From the NCBI GenBank assembly GCA_963514005.1, contig OY740784.1:25296001-25360000 (forward strand): DNA of 64,000 nt, in the 5' to 3' direction. Within the stretch, counting starts at the first letter, position 1, and each line of letters opens with the position of its first letter. Source of the DNA: Raja brachyura (taxonomy: Eukaryota). Made by a program: the position numbers and the translations under genes. Positions 50,771-64,000 of the stretch are shown here, one piece after another. The notes under the pieces were generated by a model. The model was not told the DNA's origin, ran no database searches, and saw nothing but the letters and a program-made list of their open reading frames with translations.

Positions 50771-52267
50771 AATACACCTTTTTGTTATTTACTTTGTATT
50801 AAAGATAATCAATAAAGAGCTCTGTAATTGTGCATTAAAACCATCATTAATTTGGTACCAAAGCAGTCATTCACCATTGAAAAGGGAGCTGGCGCATTCA
50901 AAAGGGCACTAGACTGTCTGTGGCACGTGTGGAGCATACATATCTCTCTGGTAAATACACTTACACCCCAGTGTAAGTTCCAGTGAATCCTTACTAAAAC
51001 TAAAGATGTGAACTCTCTAGCCATCCAGCTGCCCCCCACAGGTCGCTTTGCCAAGTCTGCCCTAAGACGACAGCATACTTGAGCTCTTACTCAAACAGTA
51101 TGGTTGAGCCAAAGGTTTCATAAGGGCAGCCTTGTATGACCCAAATATTCATGAAAACTAAATGGATGTAGTTTGAACTTGACTAATTTTTAACTCGATC
51201 ATGTTGTTAACTGGTCAGCTGCCCAAAAAGCTTCTCTTAAATGAATCTCTCTAATTTAAGAGTCTCAGACCAAGTTCAGTGTCACTAGCATAAGGTCGTA
51301 CTGATTAATATGACATATCTGCTTTGTAACTGCTGCTATTTTGTTTGTCAAATAACCCTTTCCAAAGTTTATGTGATGCCAGCTACAAGTTGGAGGTGAA
51401 TATACAATTGTTAATGCATGACTTTGATATTTCTGTTCTACTTTCCCATTTGGTATTTGTGCAGATCCCTATCTGAGGTTTTGTTCAAATATGTTTTTAA
51501 TTCCAATTGTACAATCACATTTAGATTAGGACCAGGAATGTCTTTAAGTCTGCTCCCATTCTGCTGCTGAAGCTTCATCAGAAGTCCAGCCAGCATTCTT
51601 GTTATGGTGTAAATGGATTTGGACTTCACTTCCATGAAGTTTCTGGCAGTGGAGAAGAAAAATTGGTGAGCCTCATTGGTGGCCCTCAGACTATCCTTGT
51701 TTGGACTTTGCTGGCTTCACCTTGTACTAAACATTATTCCCTTATCATGTATCTCTGCACTGTAATGGCTTGATTGAAAGCATGTATTGCCTTTCCGTTG
51801 ACTGGATAGCACGTAACAATAGCTTTTCACCGTACCTCGGTACACATGACAATAATCTAAACTGAAATTGAAATCCAAGCATGGTTCTGAAACTCCACAA
51901 ACGGCATAAGTAAGGTTGAGAGATTAAAGTTTGTGTTATGAACTAGATTAATATTCTTAAGGGTGCATTGACCTCAAGGAAGTTATATTGATGTGGATAC
52001 ATAATTATTGAGAGACAGTACAATTGCAAATGACCAAAACCTGAGAAATGCTATGCTTTGGGTAGAATCAATTCCATGACAGTTATGTTGACATTTGTGA
52101 AATACAGATGAACATCAAAACTTCCAGGTTTAATACAAAGTCATACAATCCCAACATATTTTATATTTTAGTGGAAAATTCACCATTCTACTCTTGTTAT
52201 TTTATTTCTTTATGAAGATTGTGAAAACATGCAGGATGTATTTTGCTGAATTCTTGATGTAACTTAC

Positions 52268-52324
52268 CCTCTCTCAATGAGGAACGTGTCACGCCAAATT
52301 CTGGCCCTTTTGTTTGAACGGAAT
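52268..52324 (-). CDS. SULF1: SULF1 coding exon (57 nt)
   Basis: cccag|A TTC CGT...AGA GG|gtaag; FRSNKRARIWRDTFLIERG. Confidence 0.96.
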
Positions 52325-53009
52325 CTGGGAAAGACATAATGGATGTTTGTTACACATGTGCACAATCAGGATTCTGTTCTTTGCTGTAGTGCTGAACAAG
52401 TGCTGTTTGCACCTATTCAGGTGACTCACAAATCTAGAAAACAGGCAAACTCCCAGAAGAAAATCATTTGTAATTTTCATCCTTCATTCATTTCTTAAAA
52501 AGGTGACTGCTTATTGTTGCTGGTGGCTGCCTACAGAGCATGGAGCCACTGTGCCATTCCCAAACTAACCTCCTGGATACAATTTAAACTCTTAAAAAGT
52601 ACACTCACCATAGCAATCTCTGCACAGTAACAAACAGGCTGTTATGGAAGTGTGGAAAAATGGGCGTGGGGATGGCAATGGGTGAAGGGATTGGTCCAAC
52701 GCAACCAGCCCCCATGACATTGTGATGCCTTGGAAAATCAGAGGACCAGTAATGGCAGCATTTTGCACTGTATGCAAAGCTCAACACAAATTAAGGATTA
52801 TGGCAAAGTCTGCAATGCAAAATCAGGGCCCGTTAATTTGTATGTTGTTGTTGCTTGTAGCAAGGTTTCATCTCTTGGTTTTACTCTGAGAGTTTTGTGA
52901 AAATGTGAAAACTACAACTTCCAGCTCTCCCCTTTCTTGATCTCTCTGGACTTATCTCAGGGGTCAGACTATCGACTGAAGTTTACTACAAACCTGTGGA
53001 CCCCCACCA

Positions 53010-53682
53010 GACAGGCAGTGGAGAAAGTGAATGGCATGTTGGCCTTCTTAACAAGAGGGGTTGAGTATAGGTGCAAAGAGGTCCTTCTGCAGTTGTACAG
53101 GACCCTAGTGAGACCACAGCTGGAGTATTGTATGCAGTTTTGGTCCCCTAATTTGAGGAAGGACATCCTTGCTATTGAGGAAGTGCAGCATAGGTTTAAA
53201 AGGTTAATTCCCAGGATGGCGGGGCTGTCATATGCTGAGTGAATGGAACGGCTGGGCTTGTATACTCTGGAGTTTAGAAGGATGAGAGGGAATATTATTG
53301 AAACATTTAAGATTATTAAGGGTTTAGACACGCTAGAGGTAGGAAATGTGTTCCTGATATTGGGGGAGTCCAGAACCAGGGGCCAGTTTAAGAATAAGGG
53401 GTAAGCCATTTAGAACAAAGACGAGGAAACACGTTTTCACACAAAGAGTGTGAATCTGTGGAATTCTCTGCGTCAGAAGGCGGTGGAGGCCAGTTCTCTG
53501 GATACTTTCAAGAAAGAGCTAGATAGGGCTCTTAAAGATAGCGGAGTCAGGGGATATGGGGAGAAGGCAGGAACGGGGTACTGCTTGGGGATGATTAGCC
53601 ATGATTACATTGAATGGCAGTGCTGGCTCGAAGGGCTGAATGGCCTACACTTGCACCTATTGTCTATTGTATATTGTCTATT
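53010..53682 (+). mobile_element. CR1 3' fragment
   Basis: ORF 52937..53242 QAVEKVNGMLAFL...RPQLEYCMQFWSP; (ctattgt)n tail. Confidence 0.92.
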
Positions 53683-53699
53683 GAATTGTCCCTTCCACT

Positions 53700-54175
53700 G
53701 CTAGCATCTTTCCCTGTGTACACGTCTGCCCAACCCTGCCTTTTGCAAGGAAACTCTCCCTTGATTTCTCCGTCTCCACTGCATCTGATCCCAAAATGGG
53801 AATCTCCACTCTAGAACATCTGAGGTGTCGTCTTTCTTCAGTAAACATGATTTCACCTGTTGCTGTGGATGGAACCCTCACCTGTATCTCCTCTGTGCCC
53901 CACAGGTTGGCACTTGCTCCTCCTTTCTCCACCTCCAGACGGAACAAAGATAGAGTTCCCTTGGTCATAACCTTTCATCCTCACCAGCCTCCGTAACCAA
54001 CGCATCATGCTTCAACATTTCCGCCACCATCAATATGAACCCACCACCAAACGCAACTTCCCATCCCACCTCTTTCTCTTTTTTATAGAGACCACTTGTT
54101 CTCTTGATCCAAAAGATTATGTTTCCCTTTCTGCATGTGTTACTTAGCCTGCTGAATGTTTCTGGCATTTGCATT
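53700..54175 (+). mobile_element. Old Penelope-like element fragment (RT-endonuclease linker)
   Basis: RNKDRVPLVITFHP...ttccgccac parallels 23010-23130. Confidence 0.7.
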
Positions 54176-54286
54176 TTTAAAACATTTTTATTTACTGAGA
54201 CCTTTTAAACCTTGCTGTATTTCTCATTAACTACCCCTCTTCCATCTAATGTTTGTGAAGTCCAGGAATTAATCGTTTCAGCTTAC

Positions 54287-54415
54287 CTATTTCCTGGCTT
54301 TTCAGGCTCCAGTAGTTTCAGGATAGATTTTCCATCCATATCTGCCGGAATATCAAGGCCGGCAATATCCAGGATGGTGGGAGCAAGGTCAATATTCAGA
54401 ACAAGTTGAGGGATG
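54287..54415 (-). CDS. SULF1: SULF1 coding exon (129 nt)
   Basis: aacag|C ATC CCT...AAT AG|gtaag; [43 protein letters not shown]. Confidence 0.97.
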
Positions 54416-54879
54416 CTGTTGATGTAAGCACAATGATAATGAAAGAAATGCAGTAAGTTAAGCTGCTTCTCTTAGCATCTGCGCATTGTATCTTTCACTT
54501 TAATTTTAAGGTAAAGATTTGTTCCAACCGAGCTCAATGGTGATGATGCTACAAAAACTGTCAAAGGAGTTGAATATTGTTCATTTTGTAAAATTGTAAT
54601 AGGCATCATTTGAAATAGAACTATTTATAGTTTAAAGTGACCTCATGTTTATCCTGTTTTAATACTCCAGTTGATGCAGCTTCCTGTGGTTGAAGTTCCT
54701 TGTCTTTCATCTTTTTCTACAGTGAGAGAAATTCAAATTCCCTTTCACGCAAGATGTTATAACCAGTCTTTCTTTTTTCTTCCACTTATCTCTCCACAGA
54801 AAGAGAGCCATGGGCGCGTGCACCTTCGGCTTGTTGGACTTTCCTGTCCCAGAATCAGAGACAACCCTGTGTACCAGCC

Positions 54880-55505
54880 CCACATCTGGGATTAATGCCA
54901 GCAATTGAGAGTAGGAAAAGTTGAGATGGCCGCAGACCGGTCACATTAAGCACTTGTGAGGCTTAACATTTGCGGCAGTGCAGGTCCAACTGGTTAAAAA
55001 GGCAAGAAAGTCTAACAAATAGTTAAGAAAACAAATGGCATTTTGGCCTTTAATGTGATGGAGCTGGAGATTAAGACTAGGGAGGTTTTGTCACGTGTGG
55101 TCAGGCTTTTGAGCATTGTGTACAGTCTTGCTCCCCTTATCTAAAAGAGAATATGGCCGCATTGGAGTGTTCCACAGGAGATACACCAGGTTACTTCCTG
55201 GAATATGAGGCTGGCCCTAGCCGTGAAGCTAAGTTGTTTGGGTCTGTATTCCTTGCAGTTTAGAAGAGTGATTGGGTGACTTTACTGAAAAGTATAAGAT
55301 GCTAAGGGGGCTTGAGAAGGTAGATGCTGAGATGTTGAGGCAGGTACTATAGCAACATGTAAAAGATATTTGGACCGGTACATGGATAGGAAAGGTTTAG
55401 AGGGGTATGGGCCATACACGGGCAGGGACGTCTAGTGTAGACGGGGCATCTTGGTTGGCATGGGGAAGTTGGGTTGAACGGCCTGTTTCTGTGCTATATG
55501 ACTCT
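54880..55505 (+). mobile_element. Decayed CR1 fragment(s)
   Basis: gagcattgtgtacagtc, gcagtttagaagagtg and 3' UTR ggcctgtttctgtgctatatgactct. Confidence 0.75.
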
Positions 55506-57579
55506 AATTTCCTCTTGGTCCTTGTGGTAAATTTCTCCCTAATTTCCACTTTCCCCTTTGAAAAAATAGTTTTTCGCTGTTTACCCTTTCAATGGTTTAT
55601 TGACCACCTCTTTTCTTCGTTCTCTTCCCTTCTGTGATTCATTTTCCAACCTCATCAAACTTTCTTGTGAATCTACAAAAGTTGTATCAAATGTGACCAT
55701 ATTCACATTTTCCCACCATCTTCTTTTCTTTAAATTGTATTATTTGTTTTTTTTCACTCGCCTCTTTACATGTTCTCATATCCTCAAAGGTTTTTTTCAT
55801 AAATCCCCTTCATATTATTTTAGACCCAATTACCCTTTATCTAGTTTATATCCTCTAAAGTGTAACTAACTCCACACCATTAATAGTTGAAATCCTGGTT
55901 ATGTTAATAGAGGAAGTTGTATGGAACTGATCTCAGCTGGTTCAATACAATTGCTCAGGTATCCTGGAGCTGAACTGGGCTTTTAGGCTGGGGTTCCCAC
56001 TTATGTATTGATTGTTGATGATGAGAACTTGTGGACATGTGTGGAGACACTGACCTAGCTGCAACACACATGACTGAAGAGACTGCCAATACTATCTAGG
56101 TTCACATATAACAAATGATGTGTCGGACAAAGTACTGAAGGACTTTTAACTCTCAATGAATCATTCCCCGGCGACAGTCATGACTTTGAGCAGGAGGGAC
56201 AGAAGCGAGCACGATTATTAATCAAAAGGAACCTCCCCGGCTGGTTTGTGACAGGACCACAGAAATGACATTAAGCCTCGGCACAAAGGTGTAAGAAATG
56301 AGGAATAAAATTCTGATTTCTAAATTTATCCCTGTCGAAATTTATCCCTGTTCTATAAGATTGCCTTCTCCTTGAACAGCCCATTTCGTTCCACTCCATT
56401 GCATCTCCCACCAGGATGAAGACCTTTTGCTGGAACCTACAAATAGTGATGGTCGACCCAAATTATATCGCCACGGGTTGCACTAAATTAAGTGCCAAAT
56501 CACAAAATTATCAACTGCAGTTAGAGATTAAAATTTTGCTGCTCCTGCTTCTGGAACATTCAGATTTTTATAAATAAGCTGCAAATTGCTCTCTTGTGAC
56601 ACGTTTTACTACCGAATCAATAATCAATAGTGTATCAGTTACATTTCACATGACTACGTTTTACCAGCAGAACAGAAATTGAAACTCTGCCCTAAACGAT
56701 AGGTCCCCATGAGGGTGCTGCCAAGTCATTACTGATTCTATGTTCTGATTATGAGGCTGCTGTAAGGCAATGCTTTCTGAATGCTTTGCAGTCTTTTTAT
56801 TCATTTATATTCCCGAGGTTGCTGCAATTAGACTATTGGTTCAATTCATATCCTATGCCATAAAAATATCTCATCTTAATACTTTTTGAATTCAAATTAA
56901 AGTAGAATGATATTGCTTGGAAATATTTTCTCAGTAATTTGATCATACATATTCTGTTCTCTGGTGTCTATTTTTCCAATTTTCTCTCCTCCTCCTTCAA
57001 AGGGGGTTCTGGTTTTCATGGAGTGCGGAATCACAAGGGCAGATTACCCTTCAACATCTTGTTACAATTTGTGAATTACTGGTGATTACATATCAATGGT
57101 TTTTTTTGTGTGTTATTCATTAACATTTTGTTGAATTTATTTCTTGGACATAGCTTTGTGTTTGTGAATCATGTAAGTAGCTATAAAATAGAAGGGAGTA
57201 CATTTTCATGGAAATTGATACCGCTAGTCAGAAATGATAATAACAAAGGCTATGCTATTTTAAGTAATATTTCCACACAAGTACCATTTTGTAAGGATGC
57301 AGTGTCACATTTCTGATGAATCTGTCAGTCACACACATTACACAGTGATGCAGATTAGTACGGGTATCAGGGGTTATGGGGAAAAGGCAGGAGAATGGGG
57401 TTAAAAGGAAAAAAAGATCACCAATTACTGAATAGGCTTGATGGGCCGAATGGCCTAATTCTGTTCTTAGCACTTATGAATTTATGAATCACAAACAATG
57501 CTACATCTAATCTTTCTCTGTCGGATCTGAAAAATGCTAGTTTATGGGCTGCATATACATAAACATCATAATCCCTTAC

Positions 57580-57755
57580 ATTGACCCTGGTTCCACATTA
57601 GGTCCACGAACAAAGAAAGGAACCCGGAGATCAAAGTCATATGGCATTGATTTTCCCTTTACCAGTCCAAATTGGCCAATGTGGTAACCGTGGTCTGCAG
57701 TGTAGATGACATAGGTGTTGTCCAGTTCCCCAGTCTCTGCAAGCATCTGGAATAT
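57580..57755 (-). CDS. SULF1: SULF1 coding exon (176 nt)
   Basis: tttag|ATA TTC CAG...TCA AT|gtaag; [58 protein letters not shown], including the sulfatase DHG metal-binding motif. Confidence 0.97.
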
Positions 57756-57961
57756 CTAAATCATAGTGCAAGTTGTCTTAGTATAATATTGACTAATTGC
57801 AAATAATAAAGGAGAATAAAGGAAATGGTTTTACATTGAAATAGTCACTCTGCAGCATTATTTTTTTAGAACAGCTGGGAAAACCAATAAATGTCCGCAA
57901 CCTAGTTATTTTGATGGTTAACATCCCATTAACTATTAAAAGGTTCAATCATGATCCTTAC

Positions 57962-58112
57962 CCTGTCTACAGAGTCGTCCACTGACATCAGTGTCTGCAG
58001 TCGTTTTCTCTGAAGAATGTTGGTGAACTCCATGTGGATGGGTCGCATTGCGCCAGTGAATTGCATAATCCAGTGCTTATCCATGTTTGGAGCATAGTTA
58101 TAACTGGGCGTA
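57962..58112 (-). CDS. SULF1: SULF1 coding exon (151 nt), sulfatase domain; first exon inside the window
   Basis: cag|T ACG CCC...GAC AGG|gtaag; encodes [50 protein letters not shown], near-identical to vertebrate Sulf1 as I recall it. Confidence 0.97.
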
Positions 58113-58521
58113 CTGCAGGCAACAATACAAAAAAGGCTCAAGTCAATTAGCTTGCTTTTTTTCTTCTCATTTGTCAATTTCTGTCTGAATGTAAACACTA
58201 TCGTGTTGCTTATTCTAAATGCTGGTAAGAAACGCTGAGCAAAAATATCGACATGCCGGGTATCTGATCCACAATCAGTTCTCCTTCTGAGAAATCCACT
58301 CTTTCAACTGCTGCAAGTTATTTTCATTTTGTTCCTTTCTCCAAGATGAACATTGCAGAGCTACAAATTCTACAGGCATCATCAATATAAGCCTCAGTAT
58401 AGTCTGACCAACAGTAATAATGTAAGCTGCTCATCAATTAAATGGTGTGGCTATTTTGAGCAATAAATATCTTCTAAATGATGCAGTAATGAGCAGATAT
58501 TTTCATTCCAGCAGCACCACT

Positions 58522-58745
58522 GCACAGTGGTGCACGTGATAGAGCTGAGGCTTCACACCACCAGAGACGCGGGTTCTAGCCTGATCTTGGGCGTTGACCA
58601 TGTGGAGTATGTATGTCCTCCCTGTGACCATGTGGATTTCCTTCATGTACTCTGGTTTCCTCCCACAATCTAAAGATTTACGCAGTTTATTGTAAGTTAA
58701 TTGTAAGTTATAGTAAAATTGCCACTAATGTGTAGGGATTGGATG
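58522..58745 (+). mobile_element. Decayed HE1/V-SINE-like element
   Basis: gcacagtggtgca...ccagagacgcgggttc...ggtttcctcccaca. Confidence 0.75.
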
Positions 58746-59034
58746 CAAAACTTTCTTCAGAAATGTTGATAGGTTCTTTATGATAGTGCACAAAACTATT
58801 TTCTACAGGTAACCAACATATACAACAAAGCTTAACTGCAAATAGCCATGTCTGAAACAAGGCTGTTGACCCTTGATAGAACAGATCAGCAGTTACTTTA
58901 TTTAGCAAATCACGCCACTTAGAATTCAGAGATCAAAATCACTGCAATTACAATTACTAATAAACTCCAAAACAGCCAGCATAAATGAAACAAAACTGGT
59001 GAGAATTAACAAAACAAGATCAGGACATACGTAC

Positions 59035-59265
59035 AAGGAACTGCAAACGCAGGAATCTTGTGTGAAACACGAAGTGCTAGAGTAATTCAACGGGCCAGGC
59101 AGCATCTCTGGGGGACATGGATCGGCAATGATTCAGAATGGAACATTTCTTTAGATTTTATGGATAGGTAGCATTTTGAGTTTGGACACTTCTTGTGTTG
59201 GTAAAAGGGTCCTGACCCAATCATTGCCTATCCAGACATGCTTTACGACCTGCTGAGTTACTCCA
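59035..59265. mobile_element. Decayed Penelope-terminus fold-back
   Basis: aaggaactgca...gtaattcaacgggccaggcagcatctct and gacctgctgagttactcca. Confidence 0.65.
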
Positions 59266-60394
59266 ATATGAATTTTAACTACCAATTGGGATAACATGGT
59301 CCTAAAGTAACCTTCAAATCTTGATTACAAAATTAAAGAACAAATTGAGGCACTTTTCCTTAAAACATTTCTATTGTTATGGGGAAATAGAGTAACAAGT
59401 ACATTTGCACCTGCATTTAAATTGTTAATTTAATAATTATTAAGATTTCCTTTTCAACAACTTGGAACTAATGTAGCTGTTAACAGGTGGATTTTATTTT
59501 AATGTGGGTGCAATATAAGATCTAAGCCTGCCTGAAAATGCCAGGATTTGTCGCAAGTATTTTTTCCTTAGTCTGCATTGTTACTTTTATTGAGGTTAAA
59601 AAAACATGGAATAAGGTTATATTACCCCTAAGTATAACCTTTGATCGTAAAGATTTTTCATATGAGGAATGTTTAAATACTCTCTCTCTCTCTCTGTCTG
59701 AAACTATCATATAGAACAGCGCCAATGAACTGACGAGACCAAATTAGAAGTGAATGCAAACATGATGCAAGGCACATGTTATCCAAAGAAAACATATTTT
59801 TATCACTGCAGCATTTTAATAGTGTGTTGTGAGTAACCACCAGGGATGTAAAATTATTTATTGTCATGAAAATAAAAAATTATTAAAAAAATATTTTGTA
59901 TTAATATTTTTATTTCTCTTAAATGGTGTGAAAGAGAAGCTAATTTACAGTCAATTGTATGTTTTAATGTAAATATTCAATGCATTGTGAACATCTTTCA
60001 CTGGGATAGACTGACGTAGTCATAATAGTATCACGTACACTTTGGGTATCATCCATTTGTTATTCATGCCTGCCAAGATCCATTAAATAGCAGGTTAAAA
60101 ATGAATTGCCATCAGAAGTACATTTCAAAACTACAAACTAACATCTTCCACAGCTGCCAGAATAAATCCATTAGCCTTAAGTGGTTGAGATCGGTGGGTA
60201 AATGATGGATGATATACTGCATTGCAGTTTCCTTTTCTCATTCTAAATTAGACTTAAGTCATCAGTCCTTTCCGCCCTCACTAGTAAGAGCTCATGAACC
60301 TCAAGTACAGTCAGATACAAATAAAAAATAAACCTAATTCCACGTGTTGATCAGCTGTATTACTTTTAAATTGTAATATGTAAATATCGCTTAA

Positions 60395-60958
60395 GGTCCT
60401 CGTGGGCCCAGAGCTTCAGCGGTGGCTTTTAACATCGCGGACCCCTTGCCGGGGGTCATCGGAGAAGCGCTCCGACCGCTGACCTATGGCCAACAACATC
60501 CAGGAGCCTCGGTCAGTGTCAACGGGCTTTACTTATTATTGTGGCGTGGGCGATCCCTCGCAGGGGAAGAGCTCCTGCCGCCGGCCTGCGGCCTACAACA
60601 TCTGGAAGCCGCGGTCTCCGGTAAGGAGGTGGCCAATTGGGAGCTCCAGGCCGCGGGGTGTGCTTGACCTGACCCGACGTCGGCGTTCCGACCATCCCGG
60701 CCACAGGGCTTGAATATCGGGCCGTCCGTAGCGGCGACTACGGAGGGTCAGGGTCCCAACCATGGGTGAACAAGGGAGGAGGAGATGGAGGACTGTCTGA
60801 ACTGTGTTGCCTTCCAGCACAGTGAAGAATGCTGTGATGGGTGTCTGTGTTGAATCAGGTTGTGCATTGTGTCCCTTTTTAATTGTAACGCTGCATGGTA
60901 AATCACATTTCACTGCACCTTATGGTGCATGTGCCAAATAAATCTGAACTTGAACTTC
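60395..60958 (+). mobile_element. GC/CpG-rich non-autonomous retroelement with Rex/L2-like tail
   Basis: Abrupt CpG-rich block ending catttcactgcacc...aataaatctgaacttgaactt; related piece at 22350-22430. Confidence 0.6.
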
Positions 60959-61529
60959 AGAGGTACAGTAATTGCTGCTGTGCTGCTAAGAAATTATGAG
61001 AAATTAGATATGTTACTTTTTAAATATTTTAATGTACTTATCTGTCTTTTTATGCACAGCTAACCTGTGATAGTAAATAAACTAACTCAAAGTGAATGCA
61101 ATGTCTTGTTAATATATCACTAGAAATACTATTTGGCAGTGAAGAGATTCAATGTAATTTTTAACTTCAGATGTGATAAATGAGCTCCACACTACCAGCT
61201 ATTGGAATTGATTGGCAGAAATGTTATCACTGGTAAAGATGGATGCAATGATTTCATTTAATATCTCAGCTCGGCTCTCTGGCACCACAAGATATTTCAC
61301 ATTTGAAACTTCAACTGATCCAATCCTTCTTCTGACAATTGCTGTGTAATGTATATTTTTGTAAATATTTTTATAAAATCATTGTTAGTTCAAATGTATT
61401 TTAGCAACCAATCTATTCGCACAAACACTCTGTCTCCCTTACCCGCTGTTACTCAATTTTCTTCGATGTTTAGTTCACCAGTTTGATTCTCTAGTAAATT
61501 GTGAAGCTGACATCTCACTAAAGCAGAAC

Positions 61530-61695
61530 CAAGGAGCTGCAAATGCTGGTCTACAAAAATAGACACCCAGTGCAGTTGTAACTCAGCGGGTCTGCCAGCA
61601 TGCCATAAAAGGATTCTGACTGGAAACCTCTCCTACCCATGTTCTCCAGAGATGCTGCCTGACCCGCTGAGTTACTCCACCACTTGTGTCTTTCT
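61530..61695. mobile_element. Decayed Penelope-terminus fold-back
   Basis: gtaactcagcgggtc / gacccgctgagttac inverted arms. Confidence 0.7.
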
Positions 61696-63469
61696 TTCAC
61701 ATACGCAAATGATTTTCTATTTTAGTTTATCTTGCAGACAACTCTGGCTTTGAATTTCTTCCTTTACTTATCCCTCCCACCCACACGTCCCTACTCCACT
61801 ATTTTATTAGCATGTCTCTCCTTTTTCAAAACCTTCCATTCCTCACTTAATGATCTGATTTGATTCATGTCAATTCAATTTAATCCAATTGAAATCCTAA
61901 CCCTAACCCCAATTAAATAGTTTCAGCTTTGATTTTTCATTGTCCTTCCTAGGACTATTGCAATGTTCCTTAAATCCCTTCCAACCAAGAAATGGTCCAC
62001 CTTGTCCAGCTCATTTCCTAGAGTGAGATCCAGCACTACTCCCTGCCTTGTTCAGCTGCCAAGGCACAGCAAGAAATTTAACACATATATTCTCCCGTTA
62101 TTTCCTCTTCACACTGTTTGCCAGCCCAAATTGGGATAATTAAAATCCTTCACCATCATTGTAAGACGTCTATAAAATTCTATATATTGTCTGAAAATTA
62201 GTGCCTGTATCGCCCTCCCACCATTTGATGGCTTTCAATAAAACATAAAAAATAAATAGTGGAGAAACGACTTTATAATTAACCAGTTCTGCACAAATAT
62301 ATTATTTCCTTACCAGTACTATAACCATTGCTGCTAACCTCCTTTTCTTTTTTAGCTATCTTTTCTGGTATCATGCACTTTTTGTTCCCATATTAATTAT
62401 TGGTGACCACACCACATGCTCTATAAGGAGGCAGCAGCTCTTGAGCAGAAGCTAGTTGACTTTAAGACTGCATTCCATTACTGAAGACTGGGGAGCATAA
62501 GATACCCCATCTATGATCATTGATTCTTTATGGGGAGTGGGTTAAAGAGATTCTGAGCCTTAAAAGAAGAGAGTGGTGAAGTGGGCAGATACGGTTAAGA
62601 TAATGGGCTTTATCCAAACTCAATTGGATACCCTGTTTTGGTAAAAGACAAGCAAAATTCCTTTTTTTACTGTTTTAAACCACGGGCAATAATTAACGTA
62701 TGACCAAATCAGAGATCATGGTTGTTCAATTTAATTCCCTGTGCCAAAAAGGAACCTGAGACTTGCAATGCCAATAAAAAACTATTTTTCTTGGAAGCTA
62801 TACCAGTCTAGCAATGCTTGACAAAGGCAGAACAGAGCAATTCAGATGGTAGCTCCCCGACTTCTATGTTGAATTGATCACGCTGTGTCTGGATGCTAAC
62901 AACTTACTCACTGTTATTGTTGGTGCAGAATCCAGCCCAAGGCGTTTAACTGCAGAATCACCAGGGTGTTACTGGGCTGAACCAAGCTCCCCTCCTGCAG
63001 CTCCATAAGGCAGTGCCAGCCTTTCCCCCGTTGCTCTTTGGCTTGTGTCAGACATCTACATTTGTGCATTGAAATGTGGAACTCAAACACTAGCTTGGTC
63101 AAGGGCAAATGGCCACCACCTCCACTGCTGGACACAGAACTGAATCTAGTCTGCAGTGAGGCAAACTGAGTAGAAGAACCGGATAGGAGGTGCACCCAGA
63201 ACCTCTGTGTGACTCAGTCCAGCATTACTATTCCAAATCTCCCTTTGCTGACTCCAAGTAACAAGTCACATTACTTGTCTACTTGCATTCCTTCCTTTCA
63301 ATTGTAATGATACAAATTTATAGCACTTTAAGATATTAATCACATTTGTTCTATTACATTTTATAAATAGTTTTTCTTTTATTTCTTTCTTTTAAGCCTA
63401 TTTGATCTTCAGAGATATTTAGGAATAGTCCATGTCAATGAGCTGTCTAAACGCCTTCAGGACGTTAAA

Positions 63470-63769
63470 CTTTAGAGATACAGCGCAAAACAGGCCCTTT
63501 GGCTCACCGAGTCCACGCTGACCAGTGATCACCCCATACATTAGTACTATCTGACACACTGGAGACAATTTACAATTCTACCAAAGCGAATTAATCTACA
63601 AACCTGCACGTCTTTGCAATGTGGGAGGAAAGCGGAGCACGCGGTGAAAACCCATGCGGTCACAGGGAGAACGTACAAACTCCGTACAGACAGCCCCCTT
63701 AGTCAGGATCGAACACGGATCTCAGCCACTGAAAGGCAGCAACTCTACCGCTGCGCCACTGTGCCACCG
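63470..63769 (-). mobile_element. HE1/V-SINE-like element
   Basis: Homologous to 24106-24406. Confidence 0.9.
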
Positions 63770-64000
63770 CTTCGTGGGCAGGGCTTCAGCATATGAAATC
63801 TCTGGCTGAGTTCTGCAGGCTGCCTATTCGAATATACTGAAGGATTGTCAGGCACAGAGGGTCAGTGCAGGTGAGTGTGCATTGAGATTCACTGGAACCA
63901 TGACTGTAATTCACATTCTTGTACCATTTTCTAAATGTTAAACTTAATAAAGGTCCAGTAAAATAAATTATATTCTCTTCTAAAGTCAGGGACGAAGATG

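Noticed and set aside
3442-58112. Assignment to SULF2 instead of SULF1
   Set aside because: The GNKDGGS...GQLWDGWEG ending, the [20 protein letters not shown] and [12 protein letters not shown] segments, and the 34-nt exon fit SULF1 better.
60395-60780. CpG-island internal promoter or small GC-rich gene
   Set aside because: The block ends in a retroelement-type tail and has a related fragment at 22350-22430; its ORFs resemble nothing I recognise.
10564-61695. CRISPR-like or viral repeat system
   Set aside because: The repeats are dispersed, irregularly spaced and homologous to a Penelope terminus; there are no spacer arrays or cas genes, and the context is a eukaryotic intron.
61896-61909. 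Interstitial telomeric repeat (cctaaccctaaccc)
   Set aside because: Only about two units; expected by chance.
62900-63000. Minus-strand GLDSAP...gtgagt resembling the upstream SULF1 exon (GPEDSAPQ)
   Set aside because: The match is only four residues, spacing to the donor is wrong, and there is an in-frame TAA just upstream. The true exon must lie outside the window.

Overview
Vertebrate genomic DNA. The repeat families (CR1/HER1-type LINEs, HE1/V-SINE-type tRNA-derived SINEs, Penelope-like elements) point to a cartilaginous fish, probably a skate or ray; this is inference. The window holds the 3' portion of the extracellular heparan-sulfate 6-O-endosulfatase gene SULF1 on the minus strand. 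I traced 15 coding exons by hand from 58112 to 3442, all GT-AG with consistent phases, ending ...GNKDGGSFDQHRGQLWDGWEG*. The 5' exons, including the catalytic CCPSR motif, lie beyond the right edge. Two observations stand out. (1) The terminal exon is dual-frame. Skipping the 34-nt penultimate exon, which is flanked by three RBFOX UGCAUG motifs, swaps the 21-aa canonical tail for a 300-aa acidic, cysteine-free tail with Ser-Gly motifs in acidic contexts, like a proteoglycan core. (2) The introns carry roughly 15 short pieces of a Penelope-like element terminus containing a minimal type-I hammerhead ribozyme motif; some are fold-back insertions with their own target-site duplications. The rest is ordinary transposon debris, simple repeats and one assembly gap. 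Most ORFs in the supplied track are spurious.
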